This document shows, in pieces, positions 34,232 to 46,972 of a stretch of DNA of 64,000 nt. Within the stretch, counting starts at the first letter, position 1. The number at the start of each line of letters is the position of its first letter. The position numbers and the translations under genes were made by a program. The notes under the pieces were generated by a model. The model saw nothing but the letters and a program-made list of their open reading frames with translations. It was not told the origin of the DNA and did no database searches. Source of the DNA: Scenedesmus sp. PABB004. Lineage: Eukaryota. The stretch covers positions 186,001 to 250,000 of the forward strand of contig JABVCE010000034.1 of assembly GCA_014905635.1 (NCBI GenBank), given 5' to 3'.

Positions 34232-35049
34232 ACTCCCCCTAACCCAACTCACCAGGTCGTGCTCACGCTGGACGGCTACAGCGCGCCGCTGAGCGCGGGC
34301 AACTTTGTGGTCAACGTGACCGACGGCCTCTACGACAACAGGCGCGCGCGCGCCGCGCCGCCGCGCCCGCCACACACGCGCGCGCCGCCGCGCCGCCGCG
34401 CGGGCGTGCGCCCCGCGGCGCGCGGCGTGCCGCCCCCCGCCGTGCTGACGCGCGCGCTCGCGGCGGCTGCGGCGCCGGTCTGCCTGGGCAGGCGGGTGTC
34501 AGCGAGCTACGCCTCTGTCATCGCCGGCGGCGACCCGCGCGCGCCGCGGGCGCCCGTGCCGCTCGAGGTGCTGCCCGCGGGGAGCTTCGACCCGATCTAC
34601 CGCCTGCCGCTGGACGTGCAGTCGGGGGAGCTGCCGGTGCTGCCGCTGAGCATCGCGGGCGCGGTGTCGATGACGCACGAGCCCGGCAGCGACGCGTTCC
34701 TCTCGGGCGACGAGTGGTTTATCTTCAAGTTCGACAAGCAGCAGGCTGGGCTCTCGGGTGCGGCGCGCGCGCGCGGGCGCGGCGGCGCGCGGGCGGGGAG
34801 GGGCGGGCGGCGCGCGCCTGCGGGCCGAGGGGCGGGCGGGGTCCGCGCTGCGCTGCGGCGCCGACGCGTCGACGCCGCGCGCGCGCAGGGCTGAGCTTCG
34901 ACGAGGGCACGTTTGGCGTGTTTGGCTACGTCACGCAGGGCATGCCGGTCGTGCGGCAGCTCGCGACGGACGACGTCATCGTCCGCGCGCGCGTGACGGC
35001 GGGCCTCGACCGACTGGTCCGCCCCGCGCCGCCGCCCGCGGCGCCGTGA
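32993..35049 (+). CDS. CYP37: Thylakoid-lumen cyclophilin-type PPIase, CYP37-like
   Basis: Bipartite transit peptide ending ..[87 protein letters not shown]. Confidence 0.88.
34169..34231. repeat. (GCC)n microsatellite
   Basis: Visible in a CYP37 intron. Confidence 0.9.
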
Positions 35050-35485
35050 CGGCGCGGCGGCTGCGGCGGGGGCGGCGGCAAGAGGGAGGGACCTGGGTCT
35101 GTCGTGACCAGCTGGCCGTCGGCGGCGCGTGCCGCCGCGGCCGTGGGGCGCGGCGCGGGCGAGCGGCAGGGAAGGCGGCCGGGCGGCGCGGGGGCGGGCG
35201 GCTGCGACGCCTGCGCCCGTGCGCGCCGTGCAGCTCATCTGAACCGTCTGAACTGGCGCGCAGCTGCGAGCGAGCCCGCGCAGCTGCGCAGGAGCGCCGC
35301 CGAGGCCCGCCCAACAACTACCGTGCGCGACCGGAGGCGCGGGCAGCCGCGCCCAGAACGATCACGCCCCGAAAAGCAGTCCGCACCAGGCGCGCGGCCC
35401 GCGTCCGCAGCAGCACGCGCGGGGTGAGCCAGCCGGAGCGCGGGAAGGCCTCCCGCGCGCGCCCGCCCGCCCGGCGCAGCTCGCC

Positions 35486-38400
35486 ATGGGCGGCAATCCT
35501 CTCCCGCACTTTGGCGCGCTCGTCGTGGCCTGCCTGCTGCTGGCGAGCTCGGCGGCGGCCGCGGCGGAGCAGCGCCGCGGTCCGCCCGGCCCGGCCGCGT
35601 GCGGCGCAGAGGCCCAAGTTGTTGCCTGCGGGCAGATTCCCTGGGACCGGGCCAACGCGGAGGCGCGGGCGGCGTGCTGCGCGCTTCATCGCCCGCCGAC
35701 GCCGGCGGTGGCGGCGGCGGCGCTGGCCGAGCACGCCGCGAGCGTGGCGGCGGCGTCCGCGGCGATCGGCAGCGGCGTCGGCGGCGGCGCGGCGCCGTCG
35801 TCCACCGTCTCGCTCGGCGACGACGGCCTGCTGCTGCTGCCGCCGCGGCCCGACCTCGCGCCCGACGGGCCCCTCGCGGCGCGCGGCGGCGGCGCGGCCG
35901 GCGCCAACTGCAGCGCCGGCGACGCCGCGGCGACGGACGAGGTCGCGCTTCCCCGCTTCTACACGGCCCTCGCGCCGGCGGGGCCCGACCCGGCGCCGCG
36001 GCGCACGACGCTCTATACCGTGGCGCGCGAGGCCGTGCCGCGGCTGGACGGCGCCGCGGCCGCGCGCGCGTGCGCGCCGCGGCGCGCGCCGCGCTGCCGC
36101 CGTCGGTGCGCGCGGCGCGCGACGCGATCGCGGCCGTGCACCCAGTGTCGGGCTTTGTGCACCCCGTCGCGGTCGCGGGGCCGGACGAGCTCGCGCTGCT
36201 GCGCCACCGCCTGGCCGACCCCGAGGCGCCGGGGCCGGTGCAGGCCGCGGCGCTGCACAGCCTGCTCACGGGCGCAGGCGTGCCGCCAAAGGTCTATGAG
36301 AGCGGCTGGTTCCCGCCCACCGACGCGCCGGCTGAGGGCTACGGCGGGCCGTACCCCGTGCCCGCCGTGGCGGCCAAGGTGCGGTGGCGGCGGCGGTTGC
36401 GGACGGCGGCCGCGGACGACTGGCGGCGGCGGCGAGCCGCCGCGCGCGCCGCCGCGCCCGCAGCGGGGCGTTGGGGTTTAGGTTACCCTTAGCCCTAAAC
36501 CCCGCCGCGCCCGCAGTGGGGCGGCACCAACAACAACGCCGGCACGTGCGCGGCCAACTACCCTGAGCACGCGCCCGCGTACAACTGCCACCACGTGAGC
36601 TGGGTCGAGCTCGACGCCGCCGCCGCGTTCAAGCAGGCGACCGCCTTCTGGGCGACCGGCGACGAGCGGCACGCGGCCACGGCGCAGCGCATCATCGCCG
36701 CCTGGCCCGCGGTCAACACGCAGTGGGGGCTGCAGTACGAGAACGGTGCGCCCGGGCGCACTCGGGCGCGCCGGCGGGCAGGCGGGGCGCCGGATGACAG
36801 CGGGCGCACGGCGCGCGCGGCGCGCATGGACGCGCTGCGCACGCTGAGACGCGCGCGCCGCGCAGGGCCGCTCGAGGCGGGGTGGGGCTGCGCCGCGATG
36901 GCGCGCGCGGTGGAGCTGCTGAAGCACAGCGGCTGGGCGGGGTACGACCCGGCGGTGGGCGACGCGTTTGTCGGGTGGGCGCGGCGCGTGCTGCTGCCCC
37001 AAATGGACACCTACGTCGACACCATCACGCCAGGCTGGATCGCGGGCGGCGGGCAAAACGTGTACGGCAACTGGTGTGCGCGGCGGCGGTCACGGGGCGC
37101 GCTGGCCACGCACGGGGCGCCGGCGGCGCGCGGGGCGGGGCGGCGCGCGCCAGGGTGGCGGCGCGCGCCAGGGTGGCCCACGCGGCTGCGCCGCGGCGCG
37201 TCAGGCACTCCACCATCGCCGACTGCTACGTCGCGCTGGGCATTCTGACCGACGACCGCGAAGGCCTGTACGCCAAGGGCCTCGCCCTGCACAACGCGAC
37301 CGTGGCTGACTACCTGCGCTGGGGCGCGGCGACGCGGCGGCGGCGCCCGGCGGCAGCGACGGCGCCACCGGTAGCGCAGGCACCAGCGGCGGCGGGGGCG
37401 TGCCGCCGCCGCGCGTGCTCGGCGAGTGCAGCGAGACGCTCCGTGACATCTTCCACAGCCAGTTTGCGTTTGGCGGCATGGCCCAGGTCGCAGAGGCGGC
37501 TTGGCAGCAGGGCGACGCCAGCGCGTGGCGGCGGCGGGGCACGCGCTCGCGGGCGCGATGGAGCTGCACGCGCGCATCCTCAACGCCGACGCCGCGGCCG
37601 ACCCCGCGCTGCTGCCGGCGGGGTTCAGGCTTTTCAAGGACATGCCCCGCCCCCCAGGTAGGACGCCGGCGCCGGCAGCCCGCGGCGCGGCGGCTGCAGC
37701 TGCGGCCGCGCGCACCGCCCCAGGGCGTGACGCCGCGTCTGCCGCCGCCGCCGCTCGCAGCGGGGACCGCCTGGAAGTTCGACATCCGCAAGCAGGCGTG
37801 GCTCGCGCTCAACACGACCACCGGCGCGGCCGTGACCACGCTCAAGTGAGCGCGCCGCGCTCAAGTGGCGGCGGTGGGGCCTCGGCCCCGAGCCGCCGCA
37901 TCCCGGCCGAGGCCGCTGCACCCCCCCCCCCCTCCTTAACACACACAACCCCCCCCCCTCCTTAACACACACAACCCCATCCCGCTCACCGCCCCCCCCC
38001 CTCTCGCCGCAGCGACGGCTGGAAATACCTGCTGGGCATCGGCCGCCCCCTGCCGACGTGAGCGCGCGCGCGGGGCGCGCGGGGCGCGGGGGCGCAACGG
38101 CCGCGCCTCGCCGCGCCTCGCCGCGCCTCGCTGCGCCGCGCTGACCGCGCTGACCGCGCTGACCGCGATGCCACGCGCCGCGCCCGCCGCCCAGGGGCTG
38201 GGAGCTGGCGTACCTGCACTACACCGGCCGGCTCGGCGTCGCGATGCCAGAGACCGCCAAGCTGCTGGCGGCCACCTGGCCAGACCACTATGCGTTCCAC
38301 TGGTGCGGGCGCTGCAGCCCTGCAGCAGCCTCTTTAGCCGCGCCTGCCCGCCGGCTGCCGCCGGAGCCCTGCCGCCCCGCGCCGCGCCGGTCAACCAGCC

Positions 38401-38530
38401 CCGCCCCCGCCCGTGCTCGCGCCCGCGCCCGCGCAGGGGCCTGACGACGCTCACGCACGCGGACACGGCGCAGGAGCTCTGGCGCGCGGGGCTGGGCGCG
38501 CTGTGCGCCGACGGCGGCGGCGAGCCCTGA
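35486..38530 (+). CDS. Secreted alginate-lyase-family-like (alpha/alpha-toroid) protein with 2-3 apparent frameshifts
   Basis: Signal peptide, then GFVHP, PLEAGWG..MARAVELLK, GNWHSTI, GECSETLRDIFHSQF, AEAAWQQG, WELAYLHY.GRLG, FHWGLTTLTHA. Family call is from motif recall, not a search. Confidence 0.68.
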
Positions 38531-38766
38531 TCGGCGTGCGTTGCGGGGGCCGCGCACGGCGGCGTGCGGCTGCGGTCGGCAACTGTTTCACACACGCACC
38601 GCGTCCCAACTGCCGTGCGCCCCGCGGCCTGCGAGCCCTGCGCCCGGCAGCGCCCGGCTGGTGGCCCGCGCGGCGCCCCCCCCCCCCCCCCACACGCCCG
38701 CCTCATGGCATGTTGCGCGAGTGCGCGGTGAGCAGCCAGCTTGGCAGCAGCGCCGAGATGAGGCGG

Positions 38767-39277
38767 TCAAACAGGAACTGCGCGCCCTGCAGCAGGGGCA
38801 TGCCAGAGTTGAACAGGCGCTGCTGCAGGCTCGGCGCCCACGGCTTTCCTGGTCACGGCGGCGGCGGCGGCGGCGGCGCCTGGCGCGGGCGGCGGCGCGG
38901 GGCGCGGGGCCCTGCCGGCCGCGCCTCTGCATGCAGCGGGGACCAGCCGGGGGGGGGGGGGGGGCGCACCCTCGGGGAAGGGGAAGGGGCAGCCGATGGC
39001 GTAGAGGAGGCCAAACGCGCCGCCGAGGCCGCCCGAGTTGCCGAGCCGGCGGTCCTGGACGTAGCCCATGGTGAAGTCCACCACCTCGCCCTCCGCGTTG
39101 AAGGTCAGCGAGCTCGTCTGCGGCGGCAGCTCCACCACCTTGCCCGTCGGCGCGACCGGCACGGGCAGCTTGGCGGTGAGGTAGCCGAGGTGCGTGCCGA
39201 CCGGCCTGCGCGCGGCGGCGCGCGCGGCGGCCGGGGCGGGCGCGGCGGCTGGGGCGGGCGCGGCGGCTGAAGCGTGC

Positions 39278-39308
<31 letters not shown>

Positions 39309-40291
39309 GGCGGCGGCACGGCAGCAGCGCGGGCGCGCGCATGCGCACCGCGTGGTGAACCACACGCGGCCGGGCAGGAGCGGGTCGGCGCGCAGGTGGT
39401 GCACGCGGGGCGCCATGTCGGGGAACACGGTGTCCAGCGACAGCGTCTCCATCGTGGACGCAAAGCCCTGCGCGCGGCGCGGCGCGCGGCGCGGCCAGCT
39501 GGGGCGCCGGGGCGCGGCGCGGCGCCGCGTGCGGGCCGGGCGCGCGCGCGCTGCGCGCAGCCGCGCGCAGCCGCGCGCCTCGGGGCCCACCGGGCCGATG
39601 AACGGCGCGCTGAAGGTGAAGTCCCGCGCCAGCCGCCCACACTTGTGCACGCCTGCAGCATGCGGCGGGGGGCGCGGGGCTCGCCGAGCGCGCGGCGCCG
39701 CGCTCGGGCGGCTGAGCCCGCGCGTGCAGGCGACAGCATCCGCGCCGCGCTGCCGCGTCGCCGCACCCGCGCGCAGCACGTCCTTGGCCAGCTCCACCAG
39801 GCGCTCGGGCGGCAGCGGGAAGGTGCTGGCCGCGAGCAGCGCCTGCCGGCGGGCGCAGCAGCGGCGGGCGCGCGAGCGGCCTCGCGCCCGCAGCACCAGT
39901 GCTGGCGCCCGCTGGCGTGGAGGCCGTGCGCCGCAGCACGCGCGCGCGCCAGGCCGGCGCCCATCTCCCTCTCACCTCCTCATCAAGGAACAGGCCGCCC
40001 TCCAGCCAGCCGGGGTGCGCCGCCGCGGCGGCAGGCCCCGCCGCGGCCGCGGCGCGGACGGCGCCGGCGCCTGCCCGTCCGGCGCCGGCGCCGCCCCGGC
40101 TGCTCGTCGGCGTCGCCCGCGGGCGCGCCAGCGCCGGCGGGGCGCGGCTCGTCGTCGGGCAGGCGGAAGCTCGCGGGCTTGCCGGGCGGCGCCGCGCCGC
40201 TGCCGCCCGGGCTGGGCGGCGCGTCGATGGCGCCGCCGCCGCCGGCCACGGCCGGCGCGCCGCGGCCCCGGCGACGCCGGAAGAGGCCCAT
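38767..40291 (-). CDS. Conserved algal protein with NTF2/SnoaL-like domain
   Basis: LARDFTFSAPFIGPVG, VFPDM, ADPLLPGRVWFTTR, GTHLG, PTGKVVELPPQ, GYVQDRRLGNSGGLGGAFGLLYAIG. Start is uncertain (frame break near 40095). Confidence 0.68.
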
Positions 40292-40828
40292 CGGCGCGGC
40301 GGACGGCGCGGCGGCGCGGCGGCGCGGCGGCGCGGCGAGCTCTCGGCCTCGGTGAGGCGGCGTGCCTCACGGGGCGGCGCCGCGGGGGCGAGCGTGGGGG
40401 AGAGTGGCGGCGCTGCGGCACGCGCGTGCCGAGGCGCGGCGTTGACGACGACGTCGCCGGCGCGCCGCGCCGCGTCGCTTCCAAGCAGGCCGTCCTCGGC
40501 GAACGTGTGCGCGTGATGGAGCGCACGCGCGCGGCGGCGGCGCTGCGCGCAGGGGCGCAAGACGCGGCGGGGCTCTGCGACAGCGGCGGTGCAAGCGAAG
40601 CCAACAGCGCCGGCGGCCGCGCCGCGCCGCCGCCGCCCGTGATCAGCACTGTCCACGCCCCCGCCACGCCTCCCGACGCTTTGCTGGCCCATATTCGCGC
40701 CGTGCTGCGCGAGCTCCCGCTACTGCTGTCGTCTGCTCCCCACGCTCGCCACCATAGCGCCCGCCGCGGGCGCCGCGGCCTCGCCGCGCAGCGCCGGGGC
40801 CAGGAGCAGCGGCAGCTGGTGGCCGAGC

Positions 40829-43045
40829 ATGTGCAGCCTGTCGTTCAACAAAAGGCTCAGCGGGCGGTTCCGTCTGCACGAAATAGTGGGCAGCGGTGCG
40901 TGCGGGGGGACCAGCGCCGGCCGCCGCGCCTGGTGCCGGCGTGCGGGGCGCCGCGGCGCCGCAGGGGCGCGGCAGGGGCCCGCTGATGCGCGGCACACCA
41001 CCCACACGCAGGGGACATCGACAACCTCGTGGAGTTCGCGCGCACCAGCTCCCAGGTGGGCGTGAACGACTACGACGACGAGGGCCAGGCGCCGCTGCAC
41101 CTCGCCGCCGATAAAGGCATCGCTGAGGCGGTGGGCATCCTCACAGGCGCGCGCCGCGCGCGGGGCAGGCGGCGGCGGCAACGGCGGCGAGCGGCGGCGG
41201 CGGCGCGGCTGCAGGGGCGCGTACCGGCCTCAGCATGCGGCCCGCGCGCCCGCGCACCCGCTGCTGCTGCTGCTGCTGCTGCCGCTGCCGGCGGCGCCGC
41301 TGCTGGCGCCGCTGCTGGTGGCGCGGCCGGCGCCGCCGGCGCCGTGCGAGGGACGACGGCGCCGCGCGCCGCGCCGCGCGCCGCCAGGTCACGGCGCCAA
41401 CATCGATGTGCCGCGCGAGGAGGACAACCGCACGCCGCTGCACATCGCGGTGAATGAAGGACACGCCGACGTCGTGACCGCGCTGCTCGACGCGGGCGCC
41501 CAGGTGCGTGCACACGTGCGGGCGTGAGTGTGTGTGTGTGGGGGGAGGGGGGGGGGCTTGGGGTGAAGGGGCTGGCCGGCAGCGCGGCGCGGGCGCCGTG
41601 TCGCTGGCCGGCGGCGCGCGAGCGCGCGCGTGCCGCCGCCGTCCCGCCGGCGCGCAGGTGAACAGCGAGGACTACGACGGCTGGCTCGCGCTGCACGTGG
41701 CCTGCTACTACGGCGCCGCCAAGCTGGCGGACATGATGCTGCGCCACGGCGCGCAGGTGCGGGCGCGGGCCGCGCGCCGAGCCAAGCAGCAGAGAGGCGC
41801 GGCGGCGGGGGCAGCCCGCGGCAGTCGCAGCGGCAGCGGCGGCCCGCCGCGGTTGACGCCGCCCCACGGCGCCGGCGCAGGTGATGGCGTGCACCAACAA
41901 GGGCCAGACGCCGCTGCACATCGCCGTGGAGATGGCCGAGAGCAGGTGGCACGGCCGGGACTACAACTACGGTCTCACCATCCAGCTGCTGCTCGGCGCG
42001 GGCGCCGCCATCAACGCCGCCGACAGCCTCGGCAGCACGCCGCTGCAGGCGCGCCGCGGCCGGCGCTGTGGCAGCGCGCCGCGGCAGCGCCGCGCACGCC
42101 CGCGCGCCCCGCGCGCAGCGCTCACGCCGCGCCCGCGCGCGCCCCGCACGCGCAGGCGGCCACCAACAACCTGGACCTGCCGACCATGCGGTTGCTGCTG
42201 CAGCACGACGCCGACGTCTCGGCGGCGGGCGCGGGCGGCCGCACGCCGCTGCACACCGCCGTGAGCAGAGGCAGCAGCGAGGCGGCAGAGCTCCTGCTCG
42301 GCGCGGGCGCCGACATAAACGCACCGTGAGCGACCGCGCGACAGCGCAGCAGCGCGGCGCCGCCCGGCAGCGGCGTCTGCGGCGTCTGCGGCGGGCGCGC
42401 GCGCGCGCTCGGCGCGCGGCGGCGACGCCCCGCCTCCCGCCCCGCCCGCCGCGCAGGGATGAAGCGGGGGCCACGCCGCTGATGCTGGCGGTGGAGGGCA
42501 ACTGCCCGAGCATGATCAAGTGGCTGCTGGAGCACGGCGCCGACCCGCACGCCGCGTGCGGCAGCGGCTGGCGCGCCGCGCACCTCGCGGTGCGGCTGGG
42601 CCGTGAGAGCTGCCTGGTCATGCTGCTGCAGGAGGTGCCGTCGCTGCTGGACGAGGAGGACGAGGCGGGGCTGACGCCGCTGCACACCGCGGCCGAGGCG
42701 GGCGCGGTCGACACGGCGGAGCTGCTGCTCGACCGCGGCGCGGAGCTCAACCGCGCGAGCGAGCCGCGCCGCATCACCGCGCTGCACGTTGCGGCGTACC
42801 ACAACCAGGAGGCCGCGGTCGCGATGCTGCTCGGCCGCGGCATTGCGGTCAACGTGCAGGACGCCAACGGGCACACGTCGCTGCACATCGCGGCGCTGCT
42901 CAACCACCACCACCTCATCGGCCCGCTGCTCGCCGCGCGCGTCGACGCGCGGCTGACCGACAAGTCGGGCCGCACCGCGCAGCAGCTCGCGCTCGACAAG
43001 GGCAGCGGCGACGTGCTGCGCCAGCTCAGCGCGCTGCAGCTCTGA
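40829..43045 (+). CDS. Multi-ankyrin repeat protein
   Basis: Repeated G.TPLH.A motifs (GQAPLHLAA, RTPLHIAV, GQTPLHIAV, GRTPLHTAV, GLTPLHTAA, GHTSLHIAA). GC-AG introns 41147-41387 and 42049-42155. Confidence 0.92.
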
Positions 43046-43411
43046 CGCGCGCGCGCGCGCGCGGCGGCGTCGGGTGGCGGCGGCGTCGGGCGGCGGCCGC
43101 GCGTGCGCACTGTACAACAACACACCACCCAACGGGCATGCTCGCGCCCCGTGCGTGCGCGTGCGCACGCGCGGGGCGTGCATTTTTTTCGTGACGCGCC
43201 GCGCGCCTGCTGCGAACCGGAATCGCTGAGGCCGGCGGCGGTCCTGTCCCGTCGTCGCGGGCGGCGGGCGGCGGGGGCTGTTGAGGCGGGGCGCGCGAAC
43301 CCAAGCAACGCGGGTCTTACACCTGGCAGGCAGGCAATGTCCGCAACTCAACTCGCCGCCGTCGCCGACGCGGTCAGGCCGCGCAACACTCCATCGCCGC
43401 CAGCGCGCGCC

Positions 43412-43710
43412 TCACGCCTTGCCGCACTTGGCGCAGCGGCAGTGCTCCCCGCAGCCGCAGCCCTCGCCGCAGCGGCACTCGGTGGAGGAGCAGGCGGCGC
43501 AGCCGGTCGCCTGCGCGGCACGCGGCCGGCGGCGCTTGGCGCGCAGCAGCACAGCGCGGTGCTGCGCCCGCCGCGCCGCCCACGCCGTGCGCGCTCCTTG
43601 AGGCGCGCCGCCGCGCCGCCGGTGCATCCAGCGCAGAAGCAGGAGTCGGAGCAGGCGCAGCCCGGGCCGCAGCCGCAGGCGTCCGCGCCGCCGCCGCAGC
43701 ACGCCGGCAT
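43412..43710 (-). CDS. Metallothionein-like protein (about 70 aa, 18 Cys)
   Basis: Exon 1 MPACCGGGADACGCGPGCACSDSCFCAGCTGGAAARLK plus exon 2 ATGCAACSSTECRCGEGCGCGEHCRCAKCGKA*. Intron donor is non-canonical. Confidence 0.8.
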
Positions 43711-44152
43711 CCTGTCGGCGCCGGGGGTGTTGTCGCGGGGTGGGGGTGTGGGGGGGGGGGGGGGCGGCGGGGGAGCGAGGGCGGACTGGCGGCGGCGCGC
43801 GCGTGCCTCGCGTGTCCGCGTGCGCGACGTCATGGCGGCGGCGTGGTGCTCCAGACCCTGCCAGCCGTTCATGGGCGGCCCGCCGCTCTAGAGCGGCCCG
43901 CCGCTCGCCCCGCGACCACCAGCCCGCGCGGAGCGGCGCCCCACGCACACAGACGCACCACCCGGCGGCGTGCGCGCGACCGGAGCAGCGGCGGCGGCCG
44001 GCGCAACCCGCGGCTCAGCACGGCTCCTGCGCGGTGCTGTGAGGTCAGTGCGGATCTCCCAGGCGAGGGCACGCGCCGCGGCAGCTGCGGGGCTCCGGCG
44101 GCCGCGGCAGCGCCGCCGCCCGAAGCGCCGCACCCTCTGTCGCGCAGGCGCG

Positions 44153-46469
44153 ATGCGGACCTCTTGGGTCGCGCTGCTGCTCCTGGCCGTCTCGGCGGCA
44201 GCGGCGGCGGAGCTGGACGGCGGCGTGGCGGTGCCCGGCCAGGCGTTCCACGACTGGCGCCGCGCCCTCCTCGCGTCGCCGAGCTTCGCCGACCCCGCGC
44301 GCTGGCGCAAGGTGGTGGGCGCGCGTGACGCACTGACCCCGCTCGACGGCCCCGGCAGCGCCAATGCCACGCACCCCGCCGCCGCGCGTCGCCTCGCGGC
44401 CGCGCGCGCGGCGCTGCGCCGCGCGGCGGCCCAGCGCGACGCGGCAGCGGCGGCGGCTGACGCGGCGGACGCCGCCGCGCGCGCGGCCGCGGCGGCGGCC
44501 GCCGACCTCGAGCGCGGCGGCCTGGGCCTGGGCCAGGCGGCGCCTGCGAGCGCGGGCGCGGCCCCGCCGCCACCGCCGCCGCCGCGGCCTGGCACGGCCG
44601 CGCCGGCGCCGCCAGCGGCGCAGGCGAGCATGGCGGTAGAGGCCGCCCTGATGTGCTTCGTGCGCCGCACGCCGCGCGGCCAGCTGACGGTCAACGGCCG
44701 GCCCTGGCTCATGGCGGGTGCGCGTCGCGGTCGGGGCCGGGGGCGAGGCCTCCCCGCCGCCGCCGTGCGCGGCGCCGGCCGAGCGCGCGCCGCCTGCAGC
44801 TGCTGCTGAGCACGCCGCCGCCCGCCGCGCGCGCCGCCCGCGGGCCGGCCACCGCCGCGGCGCGGCGCAGGCGTGGACGTGCCGCACGCGCTGCACCTCG
44901 CGGCGTCCAGCGCCACGCGGCCGGCCCTGCTGGCGGTCATGGATGAGGCGGCGCGGCTGGGGCTCAACACGCTGCGCGTCGCCGCGCACGCCGACGGCGG
45001 CCCCGGCGTCGGCTCGGCGCTCGGCGGCGGCGGCTGGCCGGGCCCGCGCGGCGTGGGCGGCGGCGTCGCGCTGCAGCCCGCGCCGGGCGTGTTCAACGCG
45101 ACCGTGCTCGCGGGCCTCGACTGGCTGGTGCAGGTGGCCGGCCTGCGCGGGCTGCGGCTCGTGCTGGTGCTGTCCGCGCCGCCCGCGGGCGAGGGTGACG
45201 CGCAGGAGTGGCCCGGCGGCAGCGGCGGTGGCATGGCGCAGTTCACGCACTGGGTCGACCCGGGGCTGACGCTGCGCGACTTTTACGCAAACGACACCGT
45301 CAAGGTGCGCGGCCAGCTCGCGCGCGGCCAACTCGCGCGGGCGCCTAGCCAGGCGGCCGCCGGCGCGGCGCGTGCGCGCGTGTGCGTGTGCCGCGCGTGT
45401 GCGCACGGCGCCGCGCCGCGCCGCGCCGCGGCAGTCGGTCTTCCTCGATACACTCGCTGGCCTGCTCGGGCACGAGAGCGCGCTGAGCGGCCTGCCGCTG
45501 CGGCACGACCCCGTTATCGCTGCCTGGCAGCTGGCCGATGGCCCGAGCCACCCGGGTCACCCCGGGAGCGAGGCGCTGCAGGGCTGGCTGCACCAGGTGG
45601 GCTCGTTTGTCAAGGACCGCGCGCCGCACCAGCTCCTGCTCGCCGGCCTCGATGGCACCTTCGGGGCGAGCTCGCCACACCACCTGTCCACCAACCCGGC
45701 GGCCGAGGTGTGTGCGCGCACGCGCGCCCACTGCCCCGGACCCGCCCCGCATGCGCGCCGCGCACTGCGCACCGGCGGCCGCCCACCCACGAACGCGCCC
45801 GCCCGCGGCGCGCGCGTGCAGCTGTTTGAGCCCGCGTCGCCGAGCGCGCACGCGCACGCCGCGACCTGCAGCGGCGTCGACTTCTGGCTGCACAGCTCGC
45901 CGCCGCAGTTTGACCTCGTCAGCGCCGCGGTGATGCCCGACCGCTGGGTGGCGTGCGAGCTCACCTGCAAGCTCGAGTGGACGCGTGCCTGGGTCCGCGC
46001 GCACCTGCGCGACGCGGTGCGCCTGCAGCGCCCGCTGTTGCTGGCCGGCGTCGGCGCGCTGGCGCCGGCGGCGACGCGCGCACGCGTGCTGGACGTGGTG
46101 CAGCAGGAGGTGGCCACCGCGCTGGCCCGCGGCCACCCCATCGCCGGCGTCGTGCTCGCGGGCCTCGCACACCGCGACGCGCCCGCGTCGCCCTGGGCGG
46201 TGCCGACGTCCGCCGCCGCTGCGCGCGCGGCGCCGTCGCTGGTGGACGCCGTGCCGCAGGTCTGGCGCGGGGGCGGGGGGGTCCCGCGCACGCAGGCGGC
46301 GGCCGAGGCGGCGCGCCGGCGCTTCATGGGCTCGTCCGAGCTGCTCGCCTGCCTGGCGGCGGAGGCGCGCGGCGGGAGCGAGGCGGGCTGGGACGGCGCC
46401 GCCCGCGGCGTCGCGGCGCTCGGCGCGCTCGCGCGACGCCACGGCGGCGGCGAGCCGGCCGAGGCGTGA
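44153..46469 (+). CDS. Secreted GH5 endo-beta-mannanase-like protein, probably catalytically inactive
   Basis: Signal peptide, then FVRR..GQLTVNGRPWLMAG, GLNTLRVAAH, LQPAPGVFN...GLDW, GGMAQFTHW, DFY, DPVIAAWQL, GVDF, PDRW, WVRAHLRDA..LQRPLLL. Confidence 0.82.
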
Positions 46470-46972
46470 GCGTCGTCGTGCGAGCGTGGGCGCGCTCTGG
46501 CGGCCGGGCTCGAGCGCGGGAGCCGAGGCTTTTGAGGCCTGTCTGGCCTGTCACTTTTCCGCCGCCCTGCGGCCGCCCCGCGGCCCGCCCGCCCATCGCG
46601 CCACCACCGGCAGAGCGTGCGAGCATTCTCAGCCCGCGCGCCGAGCGACCAGCCCCGGCAGCAGCAGGATAAGTCGTGCGGCTCCGGCTCCAACTACTTC
46701 CGCGCAGGTGCGCCCGATCGCGGCTCGCCGGCCCGCGTTGGTCTGAGGCCAGCTCGCTGGAGCTCCAGCGCCGGCGGCCAGGGGCGGGGGTGGCAGCAGC
46801 GCGACCGCACCAACGACAGCACCGCGGGAGCCGCGCCGGCTGCCCGCGCCCGCTTCGCGTGCGGCTTCACAGCTTGCACAACTCACGCACGCGCTGTGGC
46901 CGCGGCCGCAGGCGCCGCAGCGCTCGCGGAGCAAAAAGCGCGGCAATCGCCACCCGCGCGCCGGCCCGACCC

